Assembly: GCF_009834535.1 (NCBI RefSeq) | Contig: NC_045697.1 | Location: 29,576,001 to 29,640,000, forward strand | Reading direction: 5' to 3' | Source: Camelus ferus | Taxonomy: Eukaryota | DNA: 64,000 nt | Shown: piece by piece, positions 24,805-38,298 of the stretch | Layout: each line of letters opens with the position of its first letter | How positions within the stretch are numbered: the stretch's first letter is position 1 | Position numbers and translations under genes: made by a program | Notes under the pieces: generated by a model | Seen by the model: only the letters and a program-made list of their open reading frames with translations | Told to the model about the DNA's origin: nothing | Database searches by the model: none

Positions 24805-26280
24805 AAACATTTAACACCTACTATATGCGAAGTACTGTGCTCGGCACTGGAGCTACAAAGACGAGTAAGACATTGTCTCTGTCTTTAAAGAAAGCAAAGT
24901 CTAGTGGGACCAAGAAATACACAAAACCGACCCCAAAGGGCAGTAGGATGAGTGCAATGACTGAGATTCATGGCAAGCAGCCCAGAAATGGAGAAGTCAG
25001 AGAAGACTTCCAAGCAAAAGGGATGGTGGGCATGTCCTCAGGCTGAGTAGGACTCAGCCAAGCTGGGAATGGGAGACAAGATAATGGAAAAGGAAGAAGG
25101 AAGAAAGTGCACGGTGTCATTCAGTTTTGCTGGACTCTCCAGGGTAAGGCCAGGAAAGAAGCCTGGAGCCAGACTGTAATCTTGTACACGTATTCAAGAG
25201 CTTCAGACTGGTTACAGATTTACTGGGTTTACTGGGTTTCGGATCCGTTACTCTCTCTGGGTGGACTCAAAGAGGGCAGAGTAGAGGCAGGGAGACCAGT
25301 TAGGCCAGTTTGGCCGTTAGGAAGGAGAGGAAGGGTGAAGATCAGGGCAGTGGAAGGAGGTGGGGAAGGGAAAAGGAGACAAGAATTAGTACTTGGGACA
25401 CATCCAGACACTAAAAGCAGAACAACATGGTAACTGACATGTGGGTAGATGGCAGTGACAACTGAGGTAGAGAACACTGGTGAACAGACAAGTTTTAATA
25501 AGGAAGTCAAGGGGTTTAGTTTGATGCATTAGAAATTGAGAGGTAGAAGATTCAGGTGGGGACACCCAGATGGTCCTGAGTGTGAAGTCTGGGGAAGAAA
25601 CCTGAGCAAAACATAAAAGCAAATGGTCATGACATGGAAAGCAGCAGAAATTAGATTAGTGGGTGATATTCCTGAAGGAATATGGGTAGAGTCAGAAGAT
25701 TAGAGGGTCACTGCCAAAAGCAGAGCCCTAGGGAACATGAACAATGATAGAACAGACAGAGGAAAAAGGTCTTAAAACACCAAGGAAGAAAGGCAGAGAG
25801 GTACCATGGCAGCCAATGAGATGAACAAAGAAATGAAAAGTCTACCTTTGGATTGGACACGTAAACAGTCACTGGCCACCTTGATTGAAGGTGGCTTCAC
25901 TAAAGTGGTGGAGGCAGAAATAACGGGACAAGTGAAAGAGAAGAGGAAGGAGAATGACCAGATGTTAGAAGGGATAAGTGCTAATGGAAGTCCATACGGA
26001 TAGGATGGAGTCAGTAGAGAAAGGTTGAGAGTAAAAGAGGGAGGAGGTGAGGATGGAGTAAGATCCCTATAACCATCTGATATTAGAAGAAAATCAGGAT
26101 TAGAAGAATAAAGATCAATCTTGTTATAGTAAGTTTGCAGGTGAAAATTGGGATGCTGGCGACAACAGAGCAAACGACATCAATATTGCAGGTAAAACAG
26201 CTGCCGGGGCTCTTCACTGAGAAGGAGCTGACGTGCAAAAGGTTTGATGACAGCGATCCTGAAAATCTTGGTTTCCATCA
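24805..26280 (-). mobile_element. Long LINE-2 remnant
   Basis: Begins with the reverse L2 3' end 'catttaacacctactatatgcgaagtactgtgctcggcactggag', then G/A-rich L2-like sequence ('gaggcagggagaccagttagg'). Confidence 0.7.
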
Positions 26281-26823
26281 TGCTACTGTCTACAATGAAA
26301 GTAGTCTAACCTTGTTTTAAGGTAAATAAACACACAGGAAAGGGGCATCTGGAAGGTACACACGCCCATAGTAGAACTTATTAGCACCAAAGAATACCAC
26401 AGAAGCACGAGATTCAGAAGAATGTTCTTAAAATGATCCTTGGTCTCAGGTGCACACCCTTCCAAAGGTTTACACATCACGTCATTAAATGAAACCACTA
26501 CCCACTATCCTACAAGGCTTCTTAAGATGCTTCAATTCAAAGACCCCTTCTAGCATGACTAACCTAATGAAAATGAGGAGTCAGTCATCTTAAAGGCAAG
26601 AAAAGGAGGAGAGCGGAGCCGGCCATAACGTTTGCCTGAGACTTCCTGGTGTGATGCCCCTTCAGACAGCAAGGATGGCATCTCCACTCACTCTCCGCCC
26701 CACTCTTCCACCTCAGGTTTTGGTGAATCTGGAAGTGGGTGGAGTGATCTAGTTTTTGGAAGGCACTCCAATAATACCCAAAGTAGCAAGGTCCACGAGA
26801 AAAACTAACATGATGAAAAACAC

Positions 26824-26952
26824 CTTGAAAAGTCGATTTTATGTTCTCCAGGCAGCCTCTGTGATCTCACGAACTCTGAGGTGGCTGCAGGTTTTGTCTA
26901 TTCACGTGAACATCTCCAGGCCATCTCTGGAAGATGACAGCATTTTAGAATT
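26824..26952 (-). other. PEAK1: Candidate 5'-UTR exon (129 nt) of the host gene (tentatively PEAK1)
   Basis: Acceptor 'gataatgtgtttatctag|AATTCT' and donor 'TTCAAG|gtgttt' (moderate strength). Contains short uORFs and lies in unique sequence. Confidence 0.5.
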
Positions 26953-27790
26953 CTAGATAAACACATTATCACCACTGAAGTCAGCCAGGACTGAGGTGGT
27001 TCCAGAGCCATCAGATGCCTACTGACTGGGCCATTTATCTTTGTATTCTGGGGGCATGGGAGATGAAGCAGGCAGTCTATAAATATGGAATAAATCAATA
27101 AAGCAATACATAAGTGAAGAGTCCTCATAACCAGGAGGTAAAGAGGCCAATTAAATGGTGAGAACAGAATTAGTCTTTCTATTCCTTCCTTTTCCACGCT
27201 GACTCACAGCCAAGCTGCAAATCACATTCAATTACATTTACTTTCCTCTTCACAGAAAAAAGTCTTTATGAATTCATAAATAAATAGTGTGTGTCAACTA
27301 AGAAAATTCAAAAATCATGAAATTACGAAAAACATGATGCCTCTTAAATGGGAAAATAAGTAGGTGTGAACATTCTGGGCATACAAAGAAACAGAAATTG
27401 CCCCTTTATATCTGTCTGCCTTCTTTGTCATCCTTCAGTGTGAAGGACAGAACATCATTACTTTAACAGCATGGGGCCTCTCCTCCCAGCCACTCACCAC
27501 ACAGCAATCTGCTCAGCTCCAAACCACTGGCACAGGAGATCCTATTGAGATAATCAAGTCTCACTTCCTTAAAAATTCTGATCCTAACATGTATTTATAC
27601 CATTCATCATTTCACTTCTTTTATAGAACATTATCTGTGAGGTATCACCAATCACACTGAACACATTTTACAAGAAGCACATTGTAGTGTTGTCTGGAAA
27701 CAACTTTAATGATAAAGTTTCCAAAAGTGAGGAATAGTGGGTTGTTGCTGTTTGGTTTATTAGCATGTACTGTGTGACATTTTTCTAAAC

Positions 27791-27911
27791 TCTTAAAAAA
27801 TAACTTGGTCCTGAAACATAAAATCTCTTTCTACCCATCTGAACAGCAATATCCTGAGGAGGAAACAAATCTTTGAGACCACCACACTTTTTTCTACTCT
27901 TGATTAAGAAG
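27791..27911 (-). other. PEAK1: Candidate 5'-UTR exon (about 121 nt) of the host gene (tentatively PEAK1)
   Basis: Strong acceptor 'tgtttatcttgctctcttag|CTTC'. The donor 'TAAGA|gtttag' is weak and internal alternative sites exist, so the 3' boundary is uncertain. Confidence 0.38.
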
Positions 27912-29128
27912 CTAAGAGAGCAAGATAAACAGTATGCTATTCACTTGAATGCAAGCCACCAAGGGGAGGAAAGGAGTATTTATGCTGGTGCGTAAAGTGT
28001 TTAGTGTGCAACTTTTTAATTACTATATCTCTGGTACTATCCATAATATATTCACTAACACAAATGCTCCACAAGGACATTAATCCTCAACAAATACATT
28101 AATGCTTCCCTCCTCTCCAAATTCTTATTATGCTGATACAGAGCAAAAATGCTAAGAATTCTCTCCAAAATAAACATTTTATGTCAACAGCCACTTGTTC
28201 CACCATCTCCCTTTCTAATTATTTTATGATAACATACTATCTCTACTTAAGTATTTGCTACTATTGACACAAAAGATAAATTTGTAAACAAAAAAAAATT
28301 TAAAGGGCTTTGTTTAATGTAACATCTTTTCTGGTATGAAAGCTGGTCTGTGCTACTAAAAAAAGGTGGATTATGCTCTAAATAATATATTCTATAACTT
28401 ATTAAACTATGACTCTCTGCACACTTTGCAGTTATAGTATCGTGTATTTTCTGCTTTTTTAGAAACCTCAAGGAGTAAGACATTGAGGATGATGAAGATT
28501 TTCATTATAGTTGAAGGATGATCCATTTAAGTAATAAAATGGGTTTAATTTCAACTATCCTGCATTTTTTTTTCTAAAAGGTAATGCCTTCTCAGAGAAT
28601 CCAGAATATGATTAATCTCTGGAGACATGGATAGTCAATATAAGTATCAATTATCTTGTTCTGCTGGAACCTAAGAACACAAGTTCTGAGGAAAACAAGC
28701 TGGCCCAGGGGATATGAGGCAGATGTTGAGTTTCTACCACCATGATGAGAACTTGGTGGGAATCCTGCCAGAGCAACAGGACAATCAAAATCAAAACGAA
28801 GAGACTGCTGAAATTCAAACACCAAGAAAAACACAGATATAAATACACTTTGGAGAGCCAAAGGTGAAACCTGAGTCACAGAGCCAGGTCAAGAGCCAAG
28901 TAGAGTCAGGATCTGAGTGAAAGATGGAGTGGAAAATGGATAGAATAGAGGGATAGCGTGTAAGACTGGCTCTATGTGTGTGCGGCTGGTACCCAGACTG
29001 ACCCTGCCTAGAAAACCCAGTGGCAAGATAACCTTTTGAGGCACAGCGAGCTGCTTGCTCCTCCCTTCAAAGGCTGCTGACTGCTTTGTTTTGGGAGATA
29101 TTTTGCCCACCTTTCATAGTTTGGTTAC

Positions 29129-29201
29129 CTTCTCTCCTTTTCTGTTAAAAGTTGAGTCTCACTGCCGTCAGAGTATCAACCTTTCCTTTCTTCAAGCTCA
29201 G
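29129..29201 (-). other. PEAK1: Candidate 5'-UTR exon (73 nt; 91 nt with the alternative donor) of the host gene (tentatively PEAK1)
   Basis: Acceptor 'ttttatttggtttccaaaatcatag|CTGAGC' and donor 'AGAAG|gtaacc' (alternative 'GAAAG|gtgggc', exon ending 29111). Stop codons in all three frames. Confidence 0.5.
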
Positions 29202-31819
29202 CTATGATTTTGGAAACCAAATAAAATTTAAAAACATAAAAGAACTAAAACTTAAAATACCAAGCTCCAGATAAGGTCTGAAAGACACAGTACACAGACT
29301 TTGAACCCATACTGGAGCAGTCGGGGTGTCTTTTTTGTTTATTCCTTGGTTCTTATAGAATGGACACAGTATTAAGTCATCTAGCACAAATACAGCCAAA
29401 TCTAAAACATGCCCTGGGGTGTTACTTATAAGTGACCACGGTTATTTAACAAGGACTTCTTTTAGAGAAATTCAATAAGCTGAATATCCAGGAACACAAT
29501 AGAATCAACTGCTCTGATGTGAAGTATCTCTGGAAACGTGGGCATAAACTCACAGCCCAGAGAAGGGAGGGCTTTGTCACTGCGTAAGTAAGTGGCTGTG
29601 AGTCCATCAGCCCACCATGCCCATCTGTAAAATGGGTTAATGATACCTACTTTGCAAACGTATGAAGAAGAACAAATGAAAGGCTCGGACAATAGCAACA
29701 AATGTAAATTAAAACTTAACTAAGTGGAAACATGGTACATAACCCCCTATGACACACAGATCTTTATTTAGAGCTGAAAAAGTCATCTGCTTCGTGGTTT
29801 CTATCCAACTCTCACCACCTCATGTGATAAAATCCTCTTTGCAATTATTTTCGACAGCTTCCCTTTTAGTTAACAAATAAAATTGTTTTTAGCTTAACTG
29901 TTTAAATAGGAGGTACAAGTATTACTGCATTTTCAGGTTAAAAAAACTAGAATGTTAAAATCCCGCCATTATATTCCCACTTTGTTTCTTCCTTAACTTT
30001 TTCTTATTCAAACGGTTTCTTGTCTCTTTTTCTCATTTTTCTTTATTGAATCCTTGCTTTCTCACTTTAAGTTAAATCCATGCAACAATAGTAACTAACA
30101 TCTTTATGTTATTTTGCAGTTTACAAGACACTTTCATACACATTATCTTATTTCCCTTAAATGACTTCTACTTTCTTTATTTTCTCTTGCACTTTCCAAA
30201 ACACAGACAGAACTTCCTAAAATCAGCAAAGAAGCAATTTTTCTCCCTCCAACTGTAAACACATTGATACACAATACTTTGCAGAGTTGTCTAAAGCAAG
30301 TTAGACTATACATAGTATACCTAAATCCTGACACATCCAGTTTGTCTTGCAAATAATTTTTTTTCTCCCGTGGTGATGATCTTTTGAAGTTAAAATACAG
30401 TGATAAGCATGTAAATGTATTAATATGTTAAAATAAGACAGAAAAATCTCTTTAAGAATCATCAAAAATAGTAAACAAAAAAATAAAAGAAAGAAGTAAA
30501 CAGATTTACAGAAGGAAATAGAAAAAAACAAAGTTGAGGCTGTTTCAGCTTTCAGTAAAAATTCCATTATCTATCTCACCAGACCTATTTTTCTCCAAGC
30601 TCTGCATTAAATAATCTGATCATTAAATCTGTGAAAGCCACAAGGGATGCACCCATCTCATTAAAAAAGATGATCTTTTGAGTTATGATAATGAGAAAGA
30701 GCATCTATTTTCGGTTTTAAGGACAGAAGTACTCCCCGCTTGTTGCTCAGAGGCAGCGACACTTCTAGTAAGCTTCAGTACAAAACAGATGCCTGGCACT
30801 CTTTACCTATCATGATGAAAACAGGAACTTTCAAACAGAAATGTTTCCTCTCAGAACCTCCACATACTCTCAATCTTGATTTATCAACAAATAACACAGG
30901 ATGTCTGAGACAAAAATATTAATTCTACCATGTGAAGGTAAACATTTTTTAAAAGGATTCTATAAACTCCAAACTAGGAATCAGATCAGACTCCCCTGTA
31001 TTCATTCAAATTCTACACGTCATAAAAACTTGTAAAATTTGAATTGGCTTCCTTTTTGCTCCACGATGGCTGAATATGGCCCATAGCAATTTTATAGTAA
31101 TTCTTGACATACTTTAACAACATATGAAACATTATTTTTAAAAGCAATTTTAATGTTAAAATTGGAGTACTAATAGAATTTAAGGAAAAAGTTGAAAGAG
31201 AGATCATATTTGGTCCTGATTCTGCTGTGGCATTTACATGTTCAATAATGTAAGCCTTTGGCACATTACAAAATCTTCTGCATTTTGCAAGAGATATGCT
31301 GAGTGATTTTTATCCTAGGAATGGAGGACATGGTCTGACATTCTTCTATATAATCTACAGAGATGTCTCATGGAAACTCAGTGTCCTGAAGAATACAACT
31401 GCGACGGCTGTGTAAAATGGTTCTGAGAAAAGAATGTTTTCCCATCTTGGACACAACTCAAGTCAAATTACTTGGGAATCTAAGAAAGATTGGCCCAACT
31501 GGGATTATGACCGTGGAAAACCCCAGGGGATGGAAGTCATTTCTTTCTAATGGTGTAAATTGTATGTTATTCTTGTGACTGTGTTTGAGGTCAGACTTGG
31601 AATTTATACCTAAGAAATAACTGAGACTTTTTCCTATTATGTACTCAAATTAAGAAAGGGTGACACCTAGTTCATTTTGACAGTGAGAGTAACAATCCTT
31701 GAATGAAACTGTAAAGTACAGTAAACAGCATCCAACCAAGAGTAACCAAATAAACTTTTTTAATGGACCAGACAACCATGTATCCAAATTGAAAGACTAA
31801 GTTTCAAAAGTTCATGAAT

Positions 31820-34150
31820 AGGGACTTTTCAGGATCATGTGGTAGATTACAATCATGTGTTTAACTGCATTCCCTCCAAACTTCACTAAATGACACTAAA
31901 CAAAAGGCAGAGATAAACTCACAAGAAGAAAGAAAATGGAAGAGGAGAAAACTGATGGAAAAAATTTATGGAAAATGGAAAGCAGATGGGCTAATAATGA
32001 GTGAATTTTCAAAGCAGAGACAGAGAAAACTTAAATGCCTGCAGGCAGAACTGTCTGGAAGAAACAAGCCAATATGGGGCACAGAAACGCAGGAAAGTAC
32101 AAGTTCAGGCACAGTGACATCCAAAGTGGGGGTGGATGGAGAGGGTGGCGTGGAGGTGGCACTGAAAACTGGAGAACTGCTTGCAAGACGTTTTAAGAAG
32201 TAAACCTCCAGACCCTTCCCCAGCCATGAAGCTTGTCAACTGTCTCTCCTTCCACCTGAGAAGGTCTGTACTCAGGGACACTAGGAGTAGTGACTGGGTG
32301 GAGGTACCATTTCGAAAAAAAGGACTGAGTCAAAGTGTACCCTCTGAATGGAGGGACCCACAGCCCCTTCCTTTGCTGGGCTTCTAACCAGCCCAAGAAA
32401 AGAGATCTAAAGTTACCATAACTAGGGAGAAAGGGCGCTTCTGAAATACAGAAAATCACCCTATAGTAAGGTCACCAGTTGAGAAGAGAGAAAGCCTGTC
32501 AACTTGCTTCTGCACAGAGAGCTTCCAGTGCCTCCACATAAATACAAGTGGATAGCAAATGATCAGCAGACATGTGATGAAGAGGCCACAGGACAGACAG
32601 GGTCTCTAGGAGAAACCAGAGTTAATGCTGGGAGCAGGAAAAAACTTCATATACACATTATGAAAAGATATCTGCATCTATAAAGCAAAAAAAGAATAGG
32701 ATGCTATAAAATAGAAATATTTGAGAACAAGAAAGAATTTCTAGAAGTTAATATTATGATCATAGAAATTAAAAATCCATAGGTGGGAGAGGGTATAGCT
32801 CAGTGGTAGAGTACATGCTTAGCACGCATGAGGTCATGGGCTCAATTCCCAGTACCTCTGTTACAAATAAATAAAAACCTAATTACCCCCTCACACACAC
32901 ACACACACAACTTTTTTAATCCATAGAAAGGTTAGAAGATGGTAGAGATAAATGTTCCCCAGGGGTAGAACAAAAAAATAGCAGGCTAGCAATCAGGAAA
33001 CTTTTTTTTAAACAATAAATTGGAGGAATAATACAGAAGTTTCAGCATCTGACAAATAAGAGTCCCAGAAAAGAGATACAGAAAACAGTAGGGAGAAAAT
33101 CATTCTCCACCACCTCCCACAAAGACCTTCACAATGAGTGAAAAAAGTTATGCACCAAGGCACATTATGATGAAACCTCAGAACATTAGGGGATTAAAAA
33201 TGAAAGACTCTAAAAGCTTACCCCCAACCGCCAAAAAAAAGCCACATATAATTAACCAGAATCAGAAAAGCATCCAACAATTCAATAACAAAATTAGAAG
33301 TGGAAGAAAATGAAGGAAGGACTCCAAAACTCTCAGGGAAAATAATTTCCAACTTTAAATCCTGTATCAGTCATATGTGAGGAGAGACTAAGTGGCATTT
33401 TCACACCTGCCAGATCTCAAAAAAATTACATCATATACACTCTTCCTTCTCAAGAAGCAACTGCGCAATGTGCCTCCACCAGAAGAGAGACAAAAGCAGG
33501 AGAGATGCTATTCAGTAAATAGGTCAATCAAGAACTCCCAACATGCTAGTAAAGGAAAATTCCAGGTCAACAGCTGTGCGTGAGGCCACAGGAGTCAACA
33601 GTCCAGGAGGGAGTAGGCAAGCAGAAGGCTCCCAGAAAAACATCACACACTCACACACGCACACACACACCAAAGAACTGAGAGATAAGCCATTGTGTTT
33701 GACCTCACTTGAGAATTTGAGGATAAGTAGTACATAAATAGAATAGGAAGCCAAAAAAAAAAAAATAGAATTCTTTAATATGCTGAAAAAGAAAGGAAAT
33801 AAAATTGCAGTACACTGCATAACTCAGCTATGAAAAATATTTACAGTGGAAACAAATGGAGACATAACTATCTTGGAGAGAGAAAGGAAGGTATGTAAGC
33901 GAGGGATTACAAAAGAGAGCTAACCCCTTACCTTCCTTAATAGAAATTCAATACTGAGTATCAAAAAATGAAAAAAAAAATTCAAGAAATATCAATAGAA
34001 AGGTATTAATTAGCTACATGGAAGTAAATAATGAGAAGAGCTAACTGAATTGATAGTAGAAACGGGAAATGACAATGCAAATAAGCAGGCAGGAATTTTT
34101 AAGCTATACATATGTATCATTGTGAATAAAAAATGTATTTTTAAAAGGGT
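31820..34150 (+). mobile_element. HAL1 / old L1 5'UTR-ORF1-like element
   Basis: Degenerate ORF1-type motifs: 'aataagagtcccagaaaagagatacagaaaac', 'ccaaggcacattatgatgaaacctcagaac', 'ggaaaataatttccaactttaaatcctgtatc' and 'cttctcaagaagcaactg'. No ORF2 follows. Confidence 0.65.
32783..32917 (+). mobile_element. tRNA-Ala-derived SINE (Vic-1-like, extended-tail form) inside the HAL1
   Basis: 'gggtatagctcagtggtagagtacatgcttagcacgcatgaggtcatgggctcaattcccagtacctc' followed by 'aaataaataaaaacctaattacccc' and (CA)n. Perfect TSD aatccatag (32774-32782 / 32918-32926). Confidence 0.9.
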
Positions 34151-34559
34151 AGAAATTGATCAATAAAATATAAACTACCTAACCATCTAAGACAGACTGA
34201 TAATATACTATAAATTTAAAAAAAAGACAAATCTTAATCTGCTCCTCCTAGTTAATCAAATCGTTAAAATTTAATTTAATGCATTTTACCTTAAAGTGAT
34301 AAGAAACACATTGTGAGAGGTCAAATATACCTAAATCGTCAGGGGACACCTCCAGGTTTAGTTAACACGTGGTGGAAGGGTCAATGGATACCAGTGCACA
34401 AGGGGAATCAGCCACCTTTGTTATCACAGGGTCATTAACTACAGCGTCAAATAGATAAACATGTTGGCCACTCCCCGTCTACCAGAGCCCTAACTTTGGT
34501 TTCTTATAGTGAAGATTTACCCATGTAGAAGGCGGAAGGACGGAAAAGATTCAGCCTCC

Positions 34560-35073
34560 GTGCCTTCTTCCTATATTTGGGAAATTTCTCATGAGTGTTG
34601 ATGAGAGCCACATCTTTCAACACAGAGGCAAAAAGGGCCAGACACTCACCTTCCCAGACTCCACGGCAGCTAAGGCATGGGCACATGACTTAGTCTTGGT
34701 CAGCCCTGCATCCAGAGCTGGAGACACAAATAGGCAGAGGCAGAGGCAGGAGGAAACGATAGTGGGTAATAGCTAGTGCCTGGAAGCAGCAAAGGCTGAG
34801 GTGACAGAGCTGGTAGCAAGTGTCTGGTCCCAGTGGCGTGGTCAGTGTGAACTACCATGGTCCAGTGTTAAGTGACAGAGTTCACCCTGCATAGAACTAA
34901 TCACGGCATATGATCTTGGCTATGAATCTGGCTGTGTAGTTTCTAATTGCTCCTTCTCTTTTTCCAACTTCTAGGATTTTGAGAAACTACCCAATATCTT
35001 CTCTATAAATTACTTCTCTGCTTACACCATTCAGCTAGTCCCCATTGCTTCTGTCTAAGAACTGCCTGATATA
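34560..35073 (+). mobile_element. Old ERVL-class LTR (LTR33/LTR16-like)
   Basis: 'ttcccagactccacggcagctaaggcatgggcacatgacttag' and 3' end 'ataaattacttctctgcttac...ctaagaactgcctgatata'. Confidence 0.55.
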
Positions 35074-37369
35074 CTGCTCCAGGATAGACACATAGAGATA
35101 GGCAGCTGCCTACCGAAGTTAAGAATGAAATGTTTATGTGTTTTATGACATCAAAGCAGAAACAAGGACATTTTTCACAGGGAAGCATGTAGGAAGATTG
35201 GGTTTTAAGGTACAAGTGAAACTATACTGCTGGAATGTTATGGGTTAAAGAAGTTTCAATAGGCTTATCTATTATTTGAATTGTTGTCTCCCGTTAGAAA
35301 ACACATTCCAAGTTCAAAACCACTAACTGACTTTATGACAAGCCATGAGAATGTAATCTGTTTATGAATTGAGAGTTGTCATTACTTACGTTTGGCAAAA
35401 GCCTCATGCTCACGATTCTTGTTGTTTTGAGTGGGCAGGGGAGCAGTGGGTGAGAAAGAACAATTTTCTTTGTCTTTCTACTTAACACAGAGCTTTCTGA
35501 GAGATGAAGCCATTTGGAAGCCAGTGGTCAAGAACTGCACACAAATATGAAAATGCAAACCAAGGCACTCAAAGATTTATATTCAACTGCAGAAACATCA
35601 ATATTGCTGCAAAGCTGCATCCATCAGCTCAGCCTACTGCAGCATATTTAGTTCCAAGACTGAGAAAGCTTAACCCTGGGCAATTTATCTGCATATGTCT
35701 CAGGCTAACCCACACATTTGCAGACAAAGCTAGAAGTTAAGATAGATAGCTTAGAACAAACTGTTGATGGGACCAAAAGGGCTCCATAAAAGAGTCAAAT
35801 GCAGGAATGACATTAATAGAAATGTAGACACAAAGAAAGCAAGCTTCTTTCTGAGGTGCTCATTGTTTCTGGAAACTGAGGAAGTCTTTCACAACAAAGT
35901 ACAGCTACAGTTTTTGTTAGTTGGACAGAACAAGATTATACACACCCTGTAAAGACGACTTACAAAATAAACAAAATAAATGCAAAGGCTGATGCATGCG
36001 TGTAATTTCCTCTCCTGAAGTGTTATTTCATAAAGACTTGCCAAGAGATCAATCCCTCAGTCACAGAAGTCAGGCTATAAATCACCTTGGAAAAAAATTA
36101 ATTGTATTTCAGTTGGTGATGTAAATGCTACTTCAAATTCTATCAACTGCCAAAGCATCTTTACCATATATTCTTCTCCTGTGCAGTCAGCTCCCATGAA
36201 ATATTTAATGGCCCCTAAAACAAGAGTTTCATTCCAGAGTTGTCCAAGTGAATTATACTGTGTTCACACAGTGTTTTAAAAAGCTGAGAAAAATTCATCT
36301 CAGTCAATCCCAGATCCCTTCCCCCGCCCAATTTCATTTGAGGATTACAATGGACATTGATTCTGCACAGCAATATGTGTATTAAAGTAAATACACAATC
36401 AAATCACCAAAACTCTGTAGAGAACAAAGTACAATTCTGCTACACAGGTTTCAGAAATGAACGGGAGGGGGGTGATTCCAAGAAATCAGACTCAAAAGCT
36501 TTCCCAAGACTACTTTTTCGAGAATTTTAAAATAAGCATCAGTTTCTGGTACACAAGCATACAAAAGGCAAATTCTAGCTTGCTAATGAATTTCAAAATG
36601 GTGAAACCCTAAATAGCTGTTTCCAAAATAGACTCATTGTGTCCAAAGCCTGAATTAATATTTAGATATACAGAAATATTTCTTTGTTTTACCCCCCTCT
36701 CCAATGGCTTCAGAGATTGTCTAGAAATTTACACTGAGGAGTTTTATTTCATCCTGTGTAGGTTCTGCTTCCTATCATCATAAGTAGCAGATTTCTTTTT
36801 TAACTTTTAAGAATCTCTATTAAATCATATAATCTCCCAAACACCTTAATCTAAAAATTTTTGACTAAACGAATACAACAAAGTATAATTAAAATGGCAC
36901 TGATTTCACCAATATCACACAATGTAAACTGATAGCCAATGAAGCTCTAAGGAAAGTATAAAATGGTGAAGTATTACTGCTCACTTGAAAAAGAAGTAAC
37001 TGAAAGCAAGTCAAATGAACACCAATCCTTCAACATTTACTACAAACGCAGCATTCTGTACTGGGAATGAGGCATGTGGCACACTGACTGGCTACAGGGA
37101 ACGTCCCATATTGGGGAAACATGACACACGGAACACTGGATGAACACTGGCTCAGAGACCTCCCAAAAAGATTTAGTCCTGAAGGAAAATAGGTTGGATA
37201 GGTCAAATGGGACCATTTTCTGTCATATGATTAAGCCTATTACACACGCTTTTTAAAATTTGTATGTGACAAGAATATGTTCACATCTCTTATATTACAA
37301 AGGATACCAATCAAAAGTGCTGTCAAAGTCAATTACATGCAACTAGGAAACTTAATCGTATCTTTCCAA

Positions 37370-37540
37370 CATCACTCATCTTATGGCTGTATTTATTTTT
37401 GACAGTCTCTGTCTCCCACTGGACTATGAGATACTAGAGGTCAGAGGTGTGCCCCACTGAACTTGTAATACTCAGCTCTTGGCATTACTGAACACATAAG
37501 ACTCCAGTATATTGTTGACGATGAATGAACAAATGAATCA
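37370..37540 (+). mobile_element. LINE-2 3' end
   Basis: 'tgtctcccactggactatgag...attgttgacgatgaatgaacaaatgaat'. Confidence 0.65.
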
Positions 37541-38137
37541 CACTACACTAGTGGCTATTTGGTCACTTATCTAAATAAAAAGATTGATTCTTGATAATAA
37601 AACAAAGTTCAGGAGGCTTCTACAAAGTTATACTTCATTAAGAAAATGGTCAAAATTAATAATCAAAAAATATGCAAGAGAGGTATTCACTAAGCATTAT
37701 TCATCATAGGAAAATGGCAATATTCTGAATTTTTAACAGCCGGGGAATGTACTGTTTTATTATGGTCAACCACTGGATAGACTGTGGAACTACTAAATAT
37801 GACAAATATGAAGTCCTGCAACAAAGGGAAATTAAGATTTAACAGTAATAAAAAATAAGAATTAAAATAAGATGTATACTATAACTACAACCAAATAAAA
37901 ACATACACATATGTAAAAGAAGACTGAAATGAAATATACAAAATACTTGTTTAAGTCCATAGATATGGAGCTTATAAGTGATTTTCCACCCTAAACTTTC
38001 TGTAAAACTTGATCTTTATATTGTCATTTATAGATCCTTTGGTAAAACTGTTATACTGCCATTTACAGATCCTTGTAAAAGAAGCACTTCAACATTATGT
38101 GTCTAACAGTAATTGTTACAATGATTATTAATAGTAA

Positions 38138-38298
38138 CTTATTTCATCAAATCCAAGTGCTATTGGAAGATATACCACTATTTTATGTACCAAGAATAAA
38201 AACAAAGGTGCTGCCAATAATAGTCATAAAATGTCAGCAATGCAAGATACACCAAATTTCAAAAATGTTAAAAGATGTCTTACAATCAATGAAACAGA
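38138..38298 (-). mobile_element. MER104-like (Tc2/mariner) MITE
   Basis: Imperfect inverted termini 'tatttcatcaaatc' and 'caatcaatgaaaca'; internal 'ccactattttatgtacca...tgctgccaat'. Confidence 0.55.

Noticed and set aside
38016..38080. Imperfect ~34-bp tandem duplication (similar 14-15 bp doublets near 17717, 38293 and 45999)
   Set aside because: Two-copy slippage duplications with no spacer structure; not CRISPR-like and no sign of function.
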